Shown: positions 28,451 to 38,501, counted from the stretch's first letter. The stretch: DNA of 61,994 bases from Chitinophagales bacterium (GCA_035438465.1 DAORIK010000002.1:1-61994), one strand, 5' to 3'. The notes: generated by a model not told the origin, from the sequence alone. Numbers and translations: made by a program.

Positions 28451-29521
28451 ATGAAAAAATTATCTGTAATTCTTTTTTTAATTTGCGTTTCTTCATTGAT
28501 AATTTTCAATCAATGCAAAATCTCTAACGGAAAAGTCACATTAGATGTAAATGCAAAACCGTTTGAAAAACTATCTGAATATAATTTCTTTAAAGGCACT
28601 CTAAAAGACTTAATTCCCAATGACAGAGTGTTACCTTATGACTTGATTACCGCCTTATTTTCAGACTATGCGCATAAAGCACGTTTTGTGTGGATGCCTG
28701 AAGGCACTTCTGCAAAATATGAAAAAGACGAGGTGCTGGGTTTTCCTGTTGGTACTGTTTTAATCAAAAATTTCTTTTATGAAAATGATGAAACAAATGC
28801 ATCTAAAGGAAGAAAAATAATGGAAACCCGATTGCTGGTAAAACGAGCCGATAAATGGGATGCATTAGATTATGTGTGGAACGATGAACAATCCGAAGCG
28901 AAACTAAATATTGTGGGTGATAGTAAAAAAGTAGATTTCATTAATGCGCACGGAAAAAATATGCATATCGATTATTCTGTTCCAAATAAAAATCAATGTA
29001 AAAATTGTCACAACTTAAATAATGTGCAGATGCCGATTGGTCCAAAAGTCCGATATCTGAATAAAGATTTTAAATATGCAGACGGCACTAAAAACCAGCT
29101 AGATAAATGGGCAGAAATTGGTTATTTAACTGGTTATAAGAAAGAAGATAATTTCACCAATAAAATTGCAGATGCATTTGATGAGAAAAGTGGCACATTG
29201 GAAGCAAGAGCAAAATCTTACCTTGAAGTAAACTGTGCACATTGCCATCGCAAGGAAGGCAGTGCCAACACATCCGGTTTATTTTTGTTGCTGAGTGAAA
29301 AAAATCCGGAAAGCTGGGGTATTATGAAAAGTCCTGTTGCTGCCGGTGCCGCCAGCGGAGACAACTTATACGATATCGTTCCGGGAAAACCTGATGAAAG
29401 TATTTTAGTATATCGAATGACGGAAAACGACCCCGAAATTCGTATGCCTGAATTAGGCAGAAGTGTACAACATTCAGAAGCAGTCGAACTCATCAGAAAA
29501 TGGGTTGCGGAGATGAAATAG
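28451..29521 (+). CDS. Diheme c-type cytochrome lipoprotein (SO2930/HNE_0200, TIGR03806-like)
   Basis: Two CxxCH motifs (CKNCH, CAHCH); LSEYNFF, LFSDYAHK.R, FPVGTVLIKNF, METRLL; lipobox FNQC. Confidence 0.88.
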   Translation: MKKLSVILFLICVSSLIIFNQCKISNGKVTLDVNAKPFEKLSEYNFFKGTLKDLIPNDRVLPYDLITALFSDYAHKARFVWMPEGTSAKYEKDEVLGFPVGTVLIKNFFYENDETNASKGRKIMETRLLVKRADKWDALDYVWNDEQSEAKLNIVGDSKKVDFINAHGKNMHIDYSVPNKNQCKNCHNLNNVQMPIGPKVRYLNKDFKYADGTKNQLDKWAEIGYLTGYKKEDNFTNKIADAFDEKSGTLEARAKSYLEVNCAHCHRKEGSANTSGLFLLLSEKNPESWGIMKSPVAAGAASGDNLYDIVPGKPDESILVYRMTENDPEIRMPELGRSVQHSEAVELIRKWVAEMK

Positions 29522-29595
29522 TAGTTTCAAAATATCCATACTTTTTTAATTTCATTATACTCAAATAGAGAAAATAAAGTTCTATCTTTATTTAT

Positions 29596-30837
29596 ATGAA
29601 GTATCTACATTTTCTGGTTTTATGCGTTATTCTATTTTCGTGTAAGCAAAATAAAAAAACATCTGTATCATTTATAAAAGATGAGAAATTCCAAAAAGAA
29701 TTACAGGAAAAATTTATTTTATTGGAAGATGGCGGCACGATAGAATTGCCGGAAGGAAATTACATACTTAGCAAAGCGCTCTCTATAGAAGGAAAAAAAA
29801 ACATTACCATAAAAGGCCGTGGTACGGATAAAACTATCTTATCATTTCTCGGACAAACGGAAGGTGCAGAAGGGATTAATGTTACGAACTGCAGCAATAT
29901 TACGGTAGAAAATTTTACGATACAAGATGCGAAAGGCGACAATATAAAACTAAAAGGTTGCACGGATGTAATTATCAGAAATATGAATTCTACCTGGACT
30001 ACCGGTGCTGATTCTGCCAACGGAAATTATGGTTATTATCCTGTGGAATGTAAAAATGTGCTGATAGAGAAATCGGAAGTTTCGTATTGTGCAGATGCCG
30101 GTGTGTATGTTGGTCAATCGTATAACGTGACCGTACGCAATGTTACGGCACATCACAACGTGTGTGGCATTGAAATTGAAAACTGCATTAATGTGGATGT
30201 GTATGATAATCTGTCTTATAATAATACAGGTGGTTTTGTGATTTATGATTTGCCGGGCATTCCGATGAAAAATGGAAAAAATTGCAGAGTCTATAATAAC
30301 ATTGCCAGAGAAAATAATTTCAAGAATTTTGCAAAACCAGGCAGTTATGTTTCCGATATTCCGCCAGGCAGCGGTATTATTATTATGGCATACGACAGTG
30401 TGGAAGTATTCAACAACACGTTTGAAAATAACAAAACCTTAGGCTGCTGTGCCGTGAGCTATTACGCAACAGGAAGACCATTTACCGATTCTATCTATAC
30501 ACCATATTGCACGTCTATTTTTATTCACAATAATACATTTAAAAGAAAAGCGTTACTGGTTCCCGACTTAAGTTCTGATTTAGGAAAGTTAATCTTAGCG
30601 ATGTCAAAAGGACCTGCAGATATAATATATGATCACAATTACAACAAAGCGATGAGTAATCCTGATGGTACATTGCAACAACAATACAAGAGTTGTTTTA
30701 GGAATAATGGCGACATAAAATTCTTCAACCTAAACGCCTATAAATCACCTGTCATAGAAAATGTATTGAAAACGTATGACAAAGATTTAAAAACTTTTGA
30801 TTGTAGCTTGAGTAATATTATTGGAGACTCAAACTAA
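29596..30837 (+). CDS. Parallel beta-helix lipoprotein (TIGR03805-like), copy 2
   Basis: Lipobox LFSC; colinear with 27166..28443 including identical blocks (SFLGQTEGAEGIN, QDAKGDNIKLKGC, MNSTWTTGAD). Confidence 0.85.
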   Translation: MKYLHFLVLCVILFSCKQNKKTSVSFIKDEKFQKELQEKFILLEDGGTIELPEGNYILSKALSIEGKKNITIKGRGTDKTILSFLGQTEGAEGINVTNCSNITVENFTIQDAKGDNIKLKGCTDVIIRNMNSTWTTGADSANGNYGYYPVECKNVLIEKSEVSYCADAGVYVGQSYNVTVRNVTAHHNVCGIEIENCINVDVYDNLSYNNTGGFVIYDLPGIPMKNGKNCRVYNNIARENNFKNFAKPGSYVSDIPPGSGIIIMAYDSVEVFNNTFENNKTLGCCAVSYYATGRPFTDSIYTPYCTSIFIHNNTFKRKALLVPDLSSDLGKLILAMSKGPADIIYDHNYNKAMSNPDGTLQQQYKSCFRNNGDIKFFNLNAYKSPVIENVLKTYDKDLKTFDCSLSNIIGDSN

Positions 30838-30868
30838 ATACTTATCCCTTATAACTTACGACTATCTC

Positions 30869-31981
30869 ATGCTCTACCAACGAATGCCCATAGAAGTAGA
30901 AAGCCCGGAAGAAATGGGTTATGCTACCATACAATATAACTTAGCAGAAAGCTCTGTGCGAGATATTTATTTCAGGGATTTGAAACTGAATATTGATAAT
31001 GTGTTTTTGTGTTATGGTGAACATCGGGGAAAAGCAGAACTCAGAAATGAAATTATAAAAAATGAAACCGGTTTAACTGCACACAATGTATTGGTTTGCC
31101 CGAGTGCAGCAACCGCTTTATTTATTATTTCAACAACCTTATTAAATAACAACGAGCACTTAGTGGTACTTCGCCCAAACTACGCTACTAACATTGAGAC
31201 ACCACGCGCTATTAATTGTGAAATTTCTTTTATTGATTTAGCTTTTGAAAATGGCTTTCAATTTGATATGGATGCAATCAAAAAAGCAATCCAACCAAAT
31301 ACAAAACTCATCAGCATCACGTCTCCGCATAATCCTACAGGGATTGTATTTAGCGACGAAACCATTCAACAGCTCATTGCAATTGCAGAAGAAAAAAATA
31401 TTCATTTGTTGGTAGATGAAACCTATCGTTACCTGCATTTTCAAACAGATTTAATTCCTTACTACGCCGCAAAAAGCAAGAATGTAATTTCTGTCTGCTC
31501 TTTATCTAAAGCGCATGGCGTTCCCGGAATCCGTACAGGTTGGCTTATTACTAAAGATGAAAAACTGATGCATGATTTTCTAGCGGCCAAAGAGCAAATT
31601 ATCATCACTAATTCTGTAATTGATGAAGAAATTGCGTTACATATTTTATCACGGGAAAATTATCTGGAAAAAACGCACGAACATTTACGTCGAAATTTTT
31701 CTATCCTCAAAGATTGGATGGAAAATGAACAACAATATTTAGAATGGTGCGAACCGAAAACCGGTGTAGTTTGTTTCCCCAGAATTAAACAAGAATACAA
31801 CATTGATTTGCCAAAATTTTATAAAACCTTGTACGAAAAACATGCAACACTTGTCGGTGCCGGTCATTGGTTTGAGCAAAACGATAGATATTTTCGCTTA
31901 GGTTTCGGTTATCCAGTTAATGAAGAACTAAGCCAAGGTTTAAAAAATATAGACGCCTCGATAGAAGCGTCTATTCTCTAA
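30869..31981 (+). CDS. PLP-dependent class I/II aminotransferase
   Basis: SPHNPTG, VDETY, SLSKAHGVPGIRTGW; start moved from 30821 to the ATG at 30869 (MLYQRMPIEVESPE). Confidence 0.9.
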   Translation: MLYQRMPIEVESPEEMGYATIQYNLAESSVRDIYFRDLKLNIDNVFLCYGEHRGKAELRNEIIKNETGLTAHNVLVCPSAATALFIISTTLLNNNEHLVVLRPNYATNIETPRAINCEISFIDLAFENGFQFDMDAIKKAIQPNTKLISITSPHNPTGIVFSDETIQQLIAIAEEKNIHLLVDETYRYLHFQTDLIPYYAAKSKNVISVCSLSKAHGVPGIRTGWLITKDEKLMHDFLAAKEQIIITNSVIDEEIALHILSRENYLEKTHEHLRRNFSILKDWMENEQQYLEWCEPKTGVVCFPRIKQEYNIDLPKFYKTLYEKHATLVGAGHWFEQNDRYFRLGFGYPVNEELSQGLKNIDASIEASIL

Positions 31982-32006
31982 ATTACTTTTCATCAAAAAG
32001 ATAATA

Positions 32007-32687
32007 TTATTTTGCAGCAGTTGCCGGAAGATTCATTTCCTTAAAGTCAATATCTGCAGGTACTTCAAATATATTTGCAGCCAAGCTTGGATTTTCTTCC
32101 AGATTTTTCAAAGTACTTGTAACAGTCTTACCAACAATAGACATCTCCATTTTTATTGGTATCTGTTTCCACATCCACACTTTTCCCTGCATTTGTTCTG
32201 TACTAAAACTTGCAACTTTACACTCTTTACCATTTACAGATTCTGTTCCTTCATCCTTAAAATTCATTTTCTTTCTCATTTCTTCCGTCATCTTCGAAAA
32301 ATCCAGGTTATTTGGGTCGAATCGAGATTCATCCAACTTAAATTTAGTTCCTGTTTTAGCACCTGTCTGCCAGGAATATACAAAGCCGTCTATCATTAAA
32401 CTATTCGTGGATGTATTCATACTCTTTCCGCCAAACGAAATGGCAGAATTCATTTCCGTTCTGCTTTTTTTCCCGTAATCATCAAATGTAACTTTGGTAG
32501 TGGTAGTACCCATTCCTGCCGGCATAATTGTTTCCGTTTCGTAAATTGCAGACTTTAATCCTTCACCGGTTACTGCATCTTTAATCTCAGAAACTACAGA
32601 ATTTGGTTCTGTTGCTGTTGAGGTATTGTTGTTTTTACAAGAGGTAAATAAGGCTAAAACCCCAATAATCAATAGTAATTTTTGCAT
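32007..32687 (-). CDS. Lipoprotein, DUF4412/LolA-like fold candidate
   Basis: Lipobox FTSC; GTESVNGKECKV...W.WKQIPIKMEM...FEVPAD. Confidence 0.7.
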   Translation of the reverse strand: MQKLLLIIGVLALFTSCKNNNTSTATEPNSVVSEIKDAVTGEGLKSAIYETETIMPAGMGTTTTKVTFDDYGKKSRTEMNSAISFGGKSMNTSTNSLMIDGFVYSWQTGAKTGTKFKLDESRFDPNNLDFSKMTEEMRKKMNFKDEGTESVNGKECKVASFSTEQMQGKVWMWKQIPIKMEMSIVGKTVTSTLKNLEENPSLAANIFEVPADIDFKEMNLPATAAK

Positions 32688-32788
32688 AGTTTTAATTTTA
32701 GATTCTAATTTAGATAAAAAAAATAACTCTGCATATTAATTCTGATTTTAACCCTACTTATAAACCAAATATCTATTTTTGATGCACA

Positions 32789-33121
32789 ATGATACAGTGG
32801 CACGAATTACCGGAACAAACTAAAATCTCTTTTGAGAGATTACAATTATTTCAACTGGCAAAATTCAGTTACAATGAAAAGATTATTTGTGTTACCAGGC
32901 TGGAAGATGGATTGTATGGAATTCACAATACTTGTCCTCATGCCGGTGCACAACTACATCACGGGCATTGCAATAGAAAGGGAATTGTGGGCTGTCCGCT
33001 GCATGGTTATAAATTTGATATTAAAACAGGCCGAAGTGCTGACGGAAATAATTATAAAATCGCTCACTATCAATTTAAAATTGAAAACGATAAGTTGTAT
33101 ATTGGTTGGAAAAGTTATTAG
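32789..33121 (+). CDS. Rieske (2Fe-2S) ferredoxin
   Basis: CPH...CPLHG...F motifs. Confidence 0.92.
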   Translation: MIQWHELPEQTKISFERLQLFQLAKFSYNEKIICVTRLEDGLYGIHNTCPHAGAQLHHGHCNRKGIVGCPLHGYKFDIKTGRSADGNNYKIAHYQFKIENDKLYIGWKSY

Positions 33122-33149
33122 TTAATTCTTATTCGTTATAAGTGAATGG

Positions 33150-35591
33150 ATGAAATATAGTATTACTGAAATAAATAAAATTGTAAACGGAATTTTTCTG
33201 CAAGAAAATTCCGACACTATAATTACACAAGTCAGCATAGATACGCGGCAAATTACACATGCTGAAAACTATTTGTTTTTTTGTTTAGTTGCAAGAAACG
33301 ATGGTCATCTGTATATCGAGAACGCTTATAAAAAAGGAATACGAAATTTTATTGTTTCTGCTGAAATACTACCAAACAACTATAATGATGCTAATTTTAT
33401 CTTAGTTGAAAACACAACAGCAGCCTTACAACAACTTGCAAAACACCACAGAGAGCAATTTAATATTCCTGTAATTGGAATAACCGGCAGCAATGGAAAA
33501 ACAATTGTAAAAGAATGGCTTTTTCAATTATTGTCATCAGAAAAAAACATTGTAAAGAGCCCGAAAAGTTACAACTCACAGATTGGTGTCCCTTTGTCAG
33601 TATTAAACATGGAAAGAGAAAACGAACTCGCTATTTTTGAAGCAGGAATTTCTACCGTTGATGAAATGCAAAATTTGCAGAAAATCATTCAGCCAACAAT
33701 TGGAATTCTAACAAACATTGGCTCTGCGCACGACGCCGGCTTTTCATCCAGAGAAGAAAAAATAAGTGAAAAAATAAAACTTCTTAAGCATTGTGATAAA
33801 GTAATCTATTGTGATAAATATATTGCTCATGCTCATTTTAAAGACTCTCCTGCTGAGTTGATTAGTTTTGGTGAAAACATCAATAGCACTTATCATATTT
33901 CAAACATACATAAAGAAGGTGCTGCTACTGCACTGTTTATAAATCAAATAGAATTTTTAATCCCTTTTTCAGATGAGGCAAGTATAGAAAATTGCCTGCA
34001 TTGTATTGTTTTATTGAAAGAACTTGGGTGTGACAACGCTTTAATTCAGGCAAAAATCGGAACGTTGCGCAATTTACCCATGCGTTTGGAATTAAAATAC
34101 GGTATTAATAATTGCACCATTATAGATGACTCCTACAGTGCTGATTTTTATTCATTGCAGGTAGCATTGGATTTTTTCAAACAACAGGAATCGCATAAAA
34201 AGAAGACACTGATTATTTCAGAATTTGAGGAGTCAGGTTTAAATGACAAAGATTTTATCCAGAAACTAAAAATTGTTTTACAACAGCATCCTTTTGATAA
34301 ATTAATCGGTGTAGGAAAATCTTTTATACAACATATAGAATCACTTGCCTACACGGTAAAGGAATGGTATGTATTTGAAAACACCGGGCAACTGATAGAA
34401 CAATTTAACGTGCTGAATTTTGAAACTGAACTCATCCTTTTGAAAGGTGCCCGTAAATTCAGTTTTGAAAGAATAAGTGCGCAACTTATCGGACAAACGC
34501 ATGCTACTGTTTTAGAAATTAATTTAAACGCGCTCACAAATAATCTGAACGTTTACAAAAGTTATTTGCCTAAAAACTGTGGTGTAATTGCCATGGTAAA
34601 AGCATTCTCTTACGGAAGCGGCAGTGTGGAAGTAGCAAGTTTACTGGAAAAACAGCAAATAGATTATCTTGCTGTTGCGTATGCGGATGAAGGTGTTGAG
34701 CTCAGAAAAAATGGCATTAAAACACCCATTATGGTGATGAATCCTGATGCTGTGGATTTTGACAGGATGATTGAATATAATTTAGAACCTGAAATTTATT
34801 CATTGCAAATTTTACAACATCTTATAAAAAAAGTAAAAGGAAAAGATATTACCGTTCATCTTAAAATAGAAACCGGCATGAACCGCTTAGGTTTTGTTGA
34901 AAGTGAACAGGATGAATTAATTTCGATTTTACTACAACATAAAAATATTTGTGTAAAATCTATTTTTTCGCACCTGGCAGCCAGTGAAGATGCACAATTT
35001 GATTCTTTTACAAACGAACAAATCACTCACTTTAACAAATTATCTGATTATCTGATTGCTGCATTAAACACACCAATTAAAAAACATTTATTGAATTCGA
35101 GTGGCATACTGCGCTTTCCAGTTGCACACTTTGATTATGTGCGTTTAGGTATTGGTTTATATGGTGTCGACAGCTCTTCTACTATTCAGGAGAAGCTGCA
35201 ACCGATTGGAAGACTCAAAACAAGAGTAGCACAAGTTAAGTATGTAGAGAAAGGAGAAACGATTGGCTACTCTCGCAAAGGCATCGCTGATAAAGATATG
35301 AAAATTGGTGTACTGGCAATTGGCTATGCCGATGGGTATGACAGACGTTTTGGCAATGGTATTGGTGAAGTATTTATTGCCGGACAACGAGCCAGAATTA
35401 TCGGTAATATTTGTATGGATATGTGTATGGCCGATATAACACATATTGATGATGTAAGCGAAGGTGATGAATGTGAAATCTATGGAAAAGAAATTTCTAT
35501 TATAGAACAGGCGAAAAAAATCAGCACCATTTCTTATGAATTGCTGACGCGCATTTCTTCAAGAGTAAAGCGTTTGTATTATCTGGATTAA
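33150..35591 (+). CDS. alr: Bifunctional MurF ligase / alanine racemase
   Basis: N-terminal Mur ligase (GITGSNGKT, DDSYSAD, LKGAR) fused to racemase (AMVKAFSYG, HLKIETGMNRLG, GYADGY, YELLT). Confidence 0.95.
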   Translation: MKYSITEINKIVNGIFLQENSDTIITQVSIDTRQITHAENYLFFCLVARNDGHLYIENAYKKGIRNFIVSAEILPNNYNDANFILVENTTAALQQLAKHHREQFNIPVIGITGSNGKTIVKEWLFQLLSSEKNIVKSPKSYNSQIGVPLSVLNMERENELAIFEAGISTVDEMQNLQKIIQPTIGILTNIGSAHDAGFSSREEKISEKIKLLKHCDKVIYCDKYIAHAHFKDSPAELISFGENINSTYHISNIHKEGAATALFINQIEFLIPFSDEASIENCLHCIVLLKELGCDNALIQAKIGTLRNLPMRLELKYGINNCTIIDDSYSADFYSLQVALDFFKQQESHKKKTLIISEFEESGLNDKDFIQKLKIVLQQHPFDKLIGVGKSFIQHIESLAYTVKEWYVFENTGQLIEQFNVLNFETELILLKGARKFSFERISAQLIGQTHATVLEINLNALTNNLNVYKSYLPKNCGVIAMVKAFSYGSGSVEVASLLEKQQIDYLAVAYADEGVELRKNGIKTPIMVMNPDAVDFDRMIEYNLEPEIYSLQILQHLIKKVKGKDITVHLKIETGMNRLGFVESEQDELISILLQHKNICVKSIFSHLAASEDAQFDSFTNEQITHFNKLSDYLIAALNTPIKKHLLNSSGILRFPVAHFDYVRLGIGLYGVDSSSTIQEKLQPIGRLKTRVAQVKYVEKGETIGYSRKGIADKDMKIGVLAIGYADGYDRRFGNGIGEVFIAGQRARIIGNICMDMCMADITHIDDVSEGDECEIYGKEISIIEQAKKISTISYELLTRISSRVKRLYYLD

Positions 35592-35599
35592 ATCTTTAA

Positions 35600-36901
35600 C
35601 TATTTTGATTCAGTTATTGGATTTTCCTGTGGAATAACTTCTTCGGCAACAGACTCTAAGTTTACCGGCTTATCTTCCGGAATTATTTCATCAGGCAGTT
35701 CTTTTATATCTTCAACGAGTAACGGCACGTCTTCATTAGCCACTGCATCTGCAATCTCTGAAGTAATAAGTTCTTCCGGCGATTTTTCCTTCTTTCTTAA
35801 TTTTTTAGCAGCAATTTCTTCCTGTTTTGCAACTTCTTCCTGCTCTTTCTTTAATTTCTGCTGTTCGCGTTCTTCCTGATGTTTCTTTTCTTTTTCTATA
35901 TCTTTTTTAAGCTGCGTTATCGTTTGCTCTATACCTTTAATTTTTTCTTCTTTTTCTTTTGTTTTATCTAAAATATATCCAAAACGGTTTTTCAGTTCAT
36001 CTACAGATAATTTGCCGCGTGTATAATGCTGCATTTTTTCTACCTGCATGTTATAGCTTTCCATATCACGTGCAACGGAATCTTTCAGTCCCTGCATTAT
36101 CTTAGTAAGCTGGGCTATTCTGGAGTTTGTTTTGGTCAACACTTCTGTTAATCTGTATTTTCGCAAATCATCAAAGATTGCATTGACCTGATTATAAATA
36201 TTTCGTTTGTGATTCCAGCGAATATTAATGTCTTTTAATTCTGCCTGAATTTTTTTCAATTCATCAAAAATAAATTTCCATTGATCGTTATAAATTAATT
36301 TTGCCTGTAATTCCTCTATGCGCTTGTAATAACTCTTAATCAAAACAGCATTGGCGTGATCTTCATTTTCATTATTAATTCTTTTTACGGCTTTTAAAGC
36401 TTCGAAAACACTGTTGATTTTATCTTTTAATACTGTTGTTTGTTCCCACGAAATTTCATTCTTTTTCTGATAAGAGGCTATTTTTTCCCACTGAGCTTTC
36501 GCTTTATCCCACAACGTTTGATCGTATTCAGCTACTACTGATGCTTTTTCTTCCAATAGTTTCACTTCATCAGAAAGCAGTTGATTGATTTTGGAACTCA
36601 TCAGCTTTTTACTCCATTTATGTTGCGATTGCAAAACAACATCTAATCGTTCAACTTTCACTTCAAGCGGCAGAATACTGTCACTGTTCGCATCTACTTC
36701 CCAATGTATGGCATTTTCCGGGAATGTGTATTCTCCGCCATTCTTCCATTCCACAAAAAGTGCGTCCTGAATTTCTTTGGTAACTTCTTCCTTTGGAAAT
36801 GCATAGGTATGGATTTTTGCCGTTTCTTCATCGAGGTGGATAGCAATTAAGGCTTTCCTGTCGGTACCTATTTCACCCCATAAAACTAATCGTGTGTTCA
36901 T
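35600..36901 (-). CDS. Hypothetical protein with long coiled-coil (DUF349-like) region and acidic tail
   Basis: Helical W..F...R.....F periodicity; no signal peptide. Confidence 0.55.
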   Translation of the reverse strand: MNTRLVLWGEIGTDRKALIAIHLDEETAKIHTYAFPKEEVTKEIQDALFVEWKNGGEYTFPENAIHWEVDANSDSILPLEVKVERLDVVLQSQHKWSKKLMSSKINQLLSDEVKLLEEKASVVAEYDQTLWDKAKAQWEKIASYQKKNEISWEQTTVLKDKINSVFEALKAVKRINNENEDHANAVLIKSYYKRIEELQAKLIYNDQWKFIFDELKKIQAELKDINIRWNHKRNIYNQVNAIFDDLRKYRLTEVLTKTNSRIAQLTKIMQGLKDSVARDMESYNMQVEKMQHYTRGKLSVDELKNRFGYILDKTKEKEEKIKGIEQTITQLKKDIEKEKKHQEEREQQKLKKEQEEVAKQEEIAAKKLRKKEKSPEELITSEIADAVANEDVPLLVEDIKELPDEIIPEDKPVNLESVAEEVIPQENPITESK

Positions 36902-36975
36902 AGTAATCGTAAATTGTAATTAGTAAGAGATACTGATACCTTTAAACGCATCATTATCACATCGTATTTTGTTAA

Positions 36976-37009
36976 TTAAAAACAGTTTGCAAATTCATGC
37001 AAACTGTTT
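36976..37009 (-). terminator. Intrinsic terminator after 37033..37722
   Basis: AAACAGTTTGCA-6nt-TGCAAACTGTTT perfect 12-bp inverted repeat, followed by T on the minus strand. Confidence 0.75.
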
Positions 37010-37032
37010 AGTGCAAAATTAGATATTATTAT

Positions 37033-37722
37033 TTAATTTTTCAAGGTTGAGCGCTTAGTTTTAACAGTTTCAATAATTTGTTCCTGCAATGCAATTTGCT
37101 TTTCTTTTGCTTCTTGCTCCGCATCATTTTTTATTACTGTTTTTTCTAAGTCTGCAATCTTTGCTTTCGCTTTTTCAATTTCTTTCAACGTTTTTTCTTT
37201 ATCTTTCTTTAAAGACTTTAATTCTTTATTTATGGTTTTTAGAAATTTTTCTTCGGTTTTGAGTTGATCTGATACATCTGCGAATGCTCTGTCTTGCGCA
37301 TAATCTTTTATTATTGCTTCCATTGCTGCATATTGTGTGCCATACGCATAGGAAGTGATAAAAGCACCGCCTAAATCAGTAAAGAAAGTTACTTTGGACC
37401 CATTATCGATTGGCGTGATAATCGCATATATATCTATGGTATTTGCACTTACTGTAGAAGCTCTTGCATCATCAAGTAATATTTCCGGTGACTTCTTATT
37501 GCTGACAAATTTTGCATCGAGCTTCTTACTCAATTTTTTTATTCCGTCTTTTGCATCATTTGTGCTGATTCCATTCAAAATAATTTCTATTCCGTTTTGT
37601 TCGCCCCTGCTCATAAATTGACGGACTTCATTGGTTGTAAATGTTCTTTGTCCATACACAATAGTAAATGAAAACAAAATAAATGCAACTAAAGTGATTG
37701 TTTTTCTTTGTTGATTACTCAT
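37033..37722 (-). CDS. Secreted protein, globular N-domain plus C-terminal coiled coil (paralog 2)
   Basis: Signal peptide VYG|QR; colinear with 37815..38501. Confidence 0.75.
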   Translation of the reverse strand: MSNQQRKTITLVAFILFSFTIVYGQRTFTTNEVRQFMSRGEQNGIEIILNGISTNDAKDGIKKLSKKLDAKFVSNKKSPEILLDDARASTVSANTIDIYAIITPIDNGSKVTFFTDLGGAFITSYAYGTQYAAMEAIIKDYAQDRAFADVSDQLKTEEKFLKTINKELKSLKKDKEKTLKEIEKAKAKIADLEKTVIKNDAEQEAKEKQIALQEQIIETVKTKRSTLKN

Positions 37723-37762
37723 CTTAATATTGATTAATTTAGTAAATAATTATTTCATGAAT

Positions 37763-37799
37763 AAAAAAGCAGCTTGCATTTTACGCAAACTGCTTTTTT
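37763..37799 (-). terminator. Intrinsic terminator between the two paralogs
   Basis: AAAAAAGCAG..TTGC / GCAA..CTGCTTTTTT hairpin with A/T runs on both sides. Confidence 0.75.
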
Positions 37800-37814
37800 A
37801 CATATCTGACATGG

Positions 37815-38501
37815 TTAATAATTTAATGTCGCTCGTTTAGCTTTCACCGTTTCGATGATTTGCTGTTGCAGTGAGATTTGCTGTTGCTTAGCCGCTTGAT
37901 TAGCATCATTTTTTATAATATCTGCTTCGCGTTGCTGAATAAGCGCTTTTGCTTTCTCAATGTCTTTCAAATATTCTGCCTTGTCTTTGGTTAAATCTTT
38001 CAAATCTCCTGTAAGTGTTTTTAATATCTTTTCTTCTGCTTTTTGTTGTTCTTCCACTACTTCAATGGCCTGGTCTTTTGCAAATTTTTTCAATGCCGCT
38101 TCTAATCCGGCGTATTGTGTGCCGTAAGCTGCCGAAGAAATGAAAGCACCCCCTAAATCAGTAAATATCGTCACTTTTGAACCATTGTCTATTGGTGTTA
38201 CTACTGCATATATGTCTACTACATTAGCGCTTACGTTTGCCATTTGTGCATTATCAATAAAGATTTCGGGATTTTTCTTATCGCGCACTACTTTTGCTTT
38301 CATCTTTTTGCCCCATTTTTCCAGCGCATCTTTTGCATCTTCGGGTTTGGTTCCATTTAATGCTATTTCTATTCCATTTTGTTCGCCTTTACTCATAAAC
38401 TGGCGTACTTCATTTGTAGTAAACTGACTCTGTGCACTTACAGATGAGAAACTCAGCGTTATCAATGCTGCTGCTACAGATAATTTCAAAACTTTATTCA
38501 T
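37815..38501 (-). CDS. Secreted protein, globular N-domain plus C-terminal coiled coil (paralog 1)
   Basis: Signal peptide VSA|QS; FTTNEVRQFMS.GEQNGIEI and TDLGGAFI.S.AYGTQY shared with paralog 2. Confidence 0.75.
   Translation of the reverse strand: MNKVLKLSVAAALITLSFSSVSAQSQFTTNEVRQFMSKGEQNGIEIALNGTKPEDAKDALEKWGKKMKAKVVRDKKNPEIFIDNAQMANVSANVVDIYAVVTPIDNGSKVTIFTDLGGAFISSAAYGTQYAGLEAALKKFAKDQAIEVVEEQQKAEEKILKTLTGDLKDLTKDKAEYLKDIEKAKALIQQREADIIKNDANQAAKQQQISLQQQIIETVKAKRATLNY

Noticed and set aside
31949-31974. Hairpin in the last codons of the aminotransferase
   Set aside because: Interrupted stem inside coding sequence; may aid termination but is not supportable as a distinct feature.
33150-35591. 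MurF-Alr fusion as a novelty
   Set aside because: Common, known arrangement in Bacteroidota.
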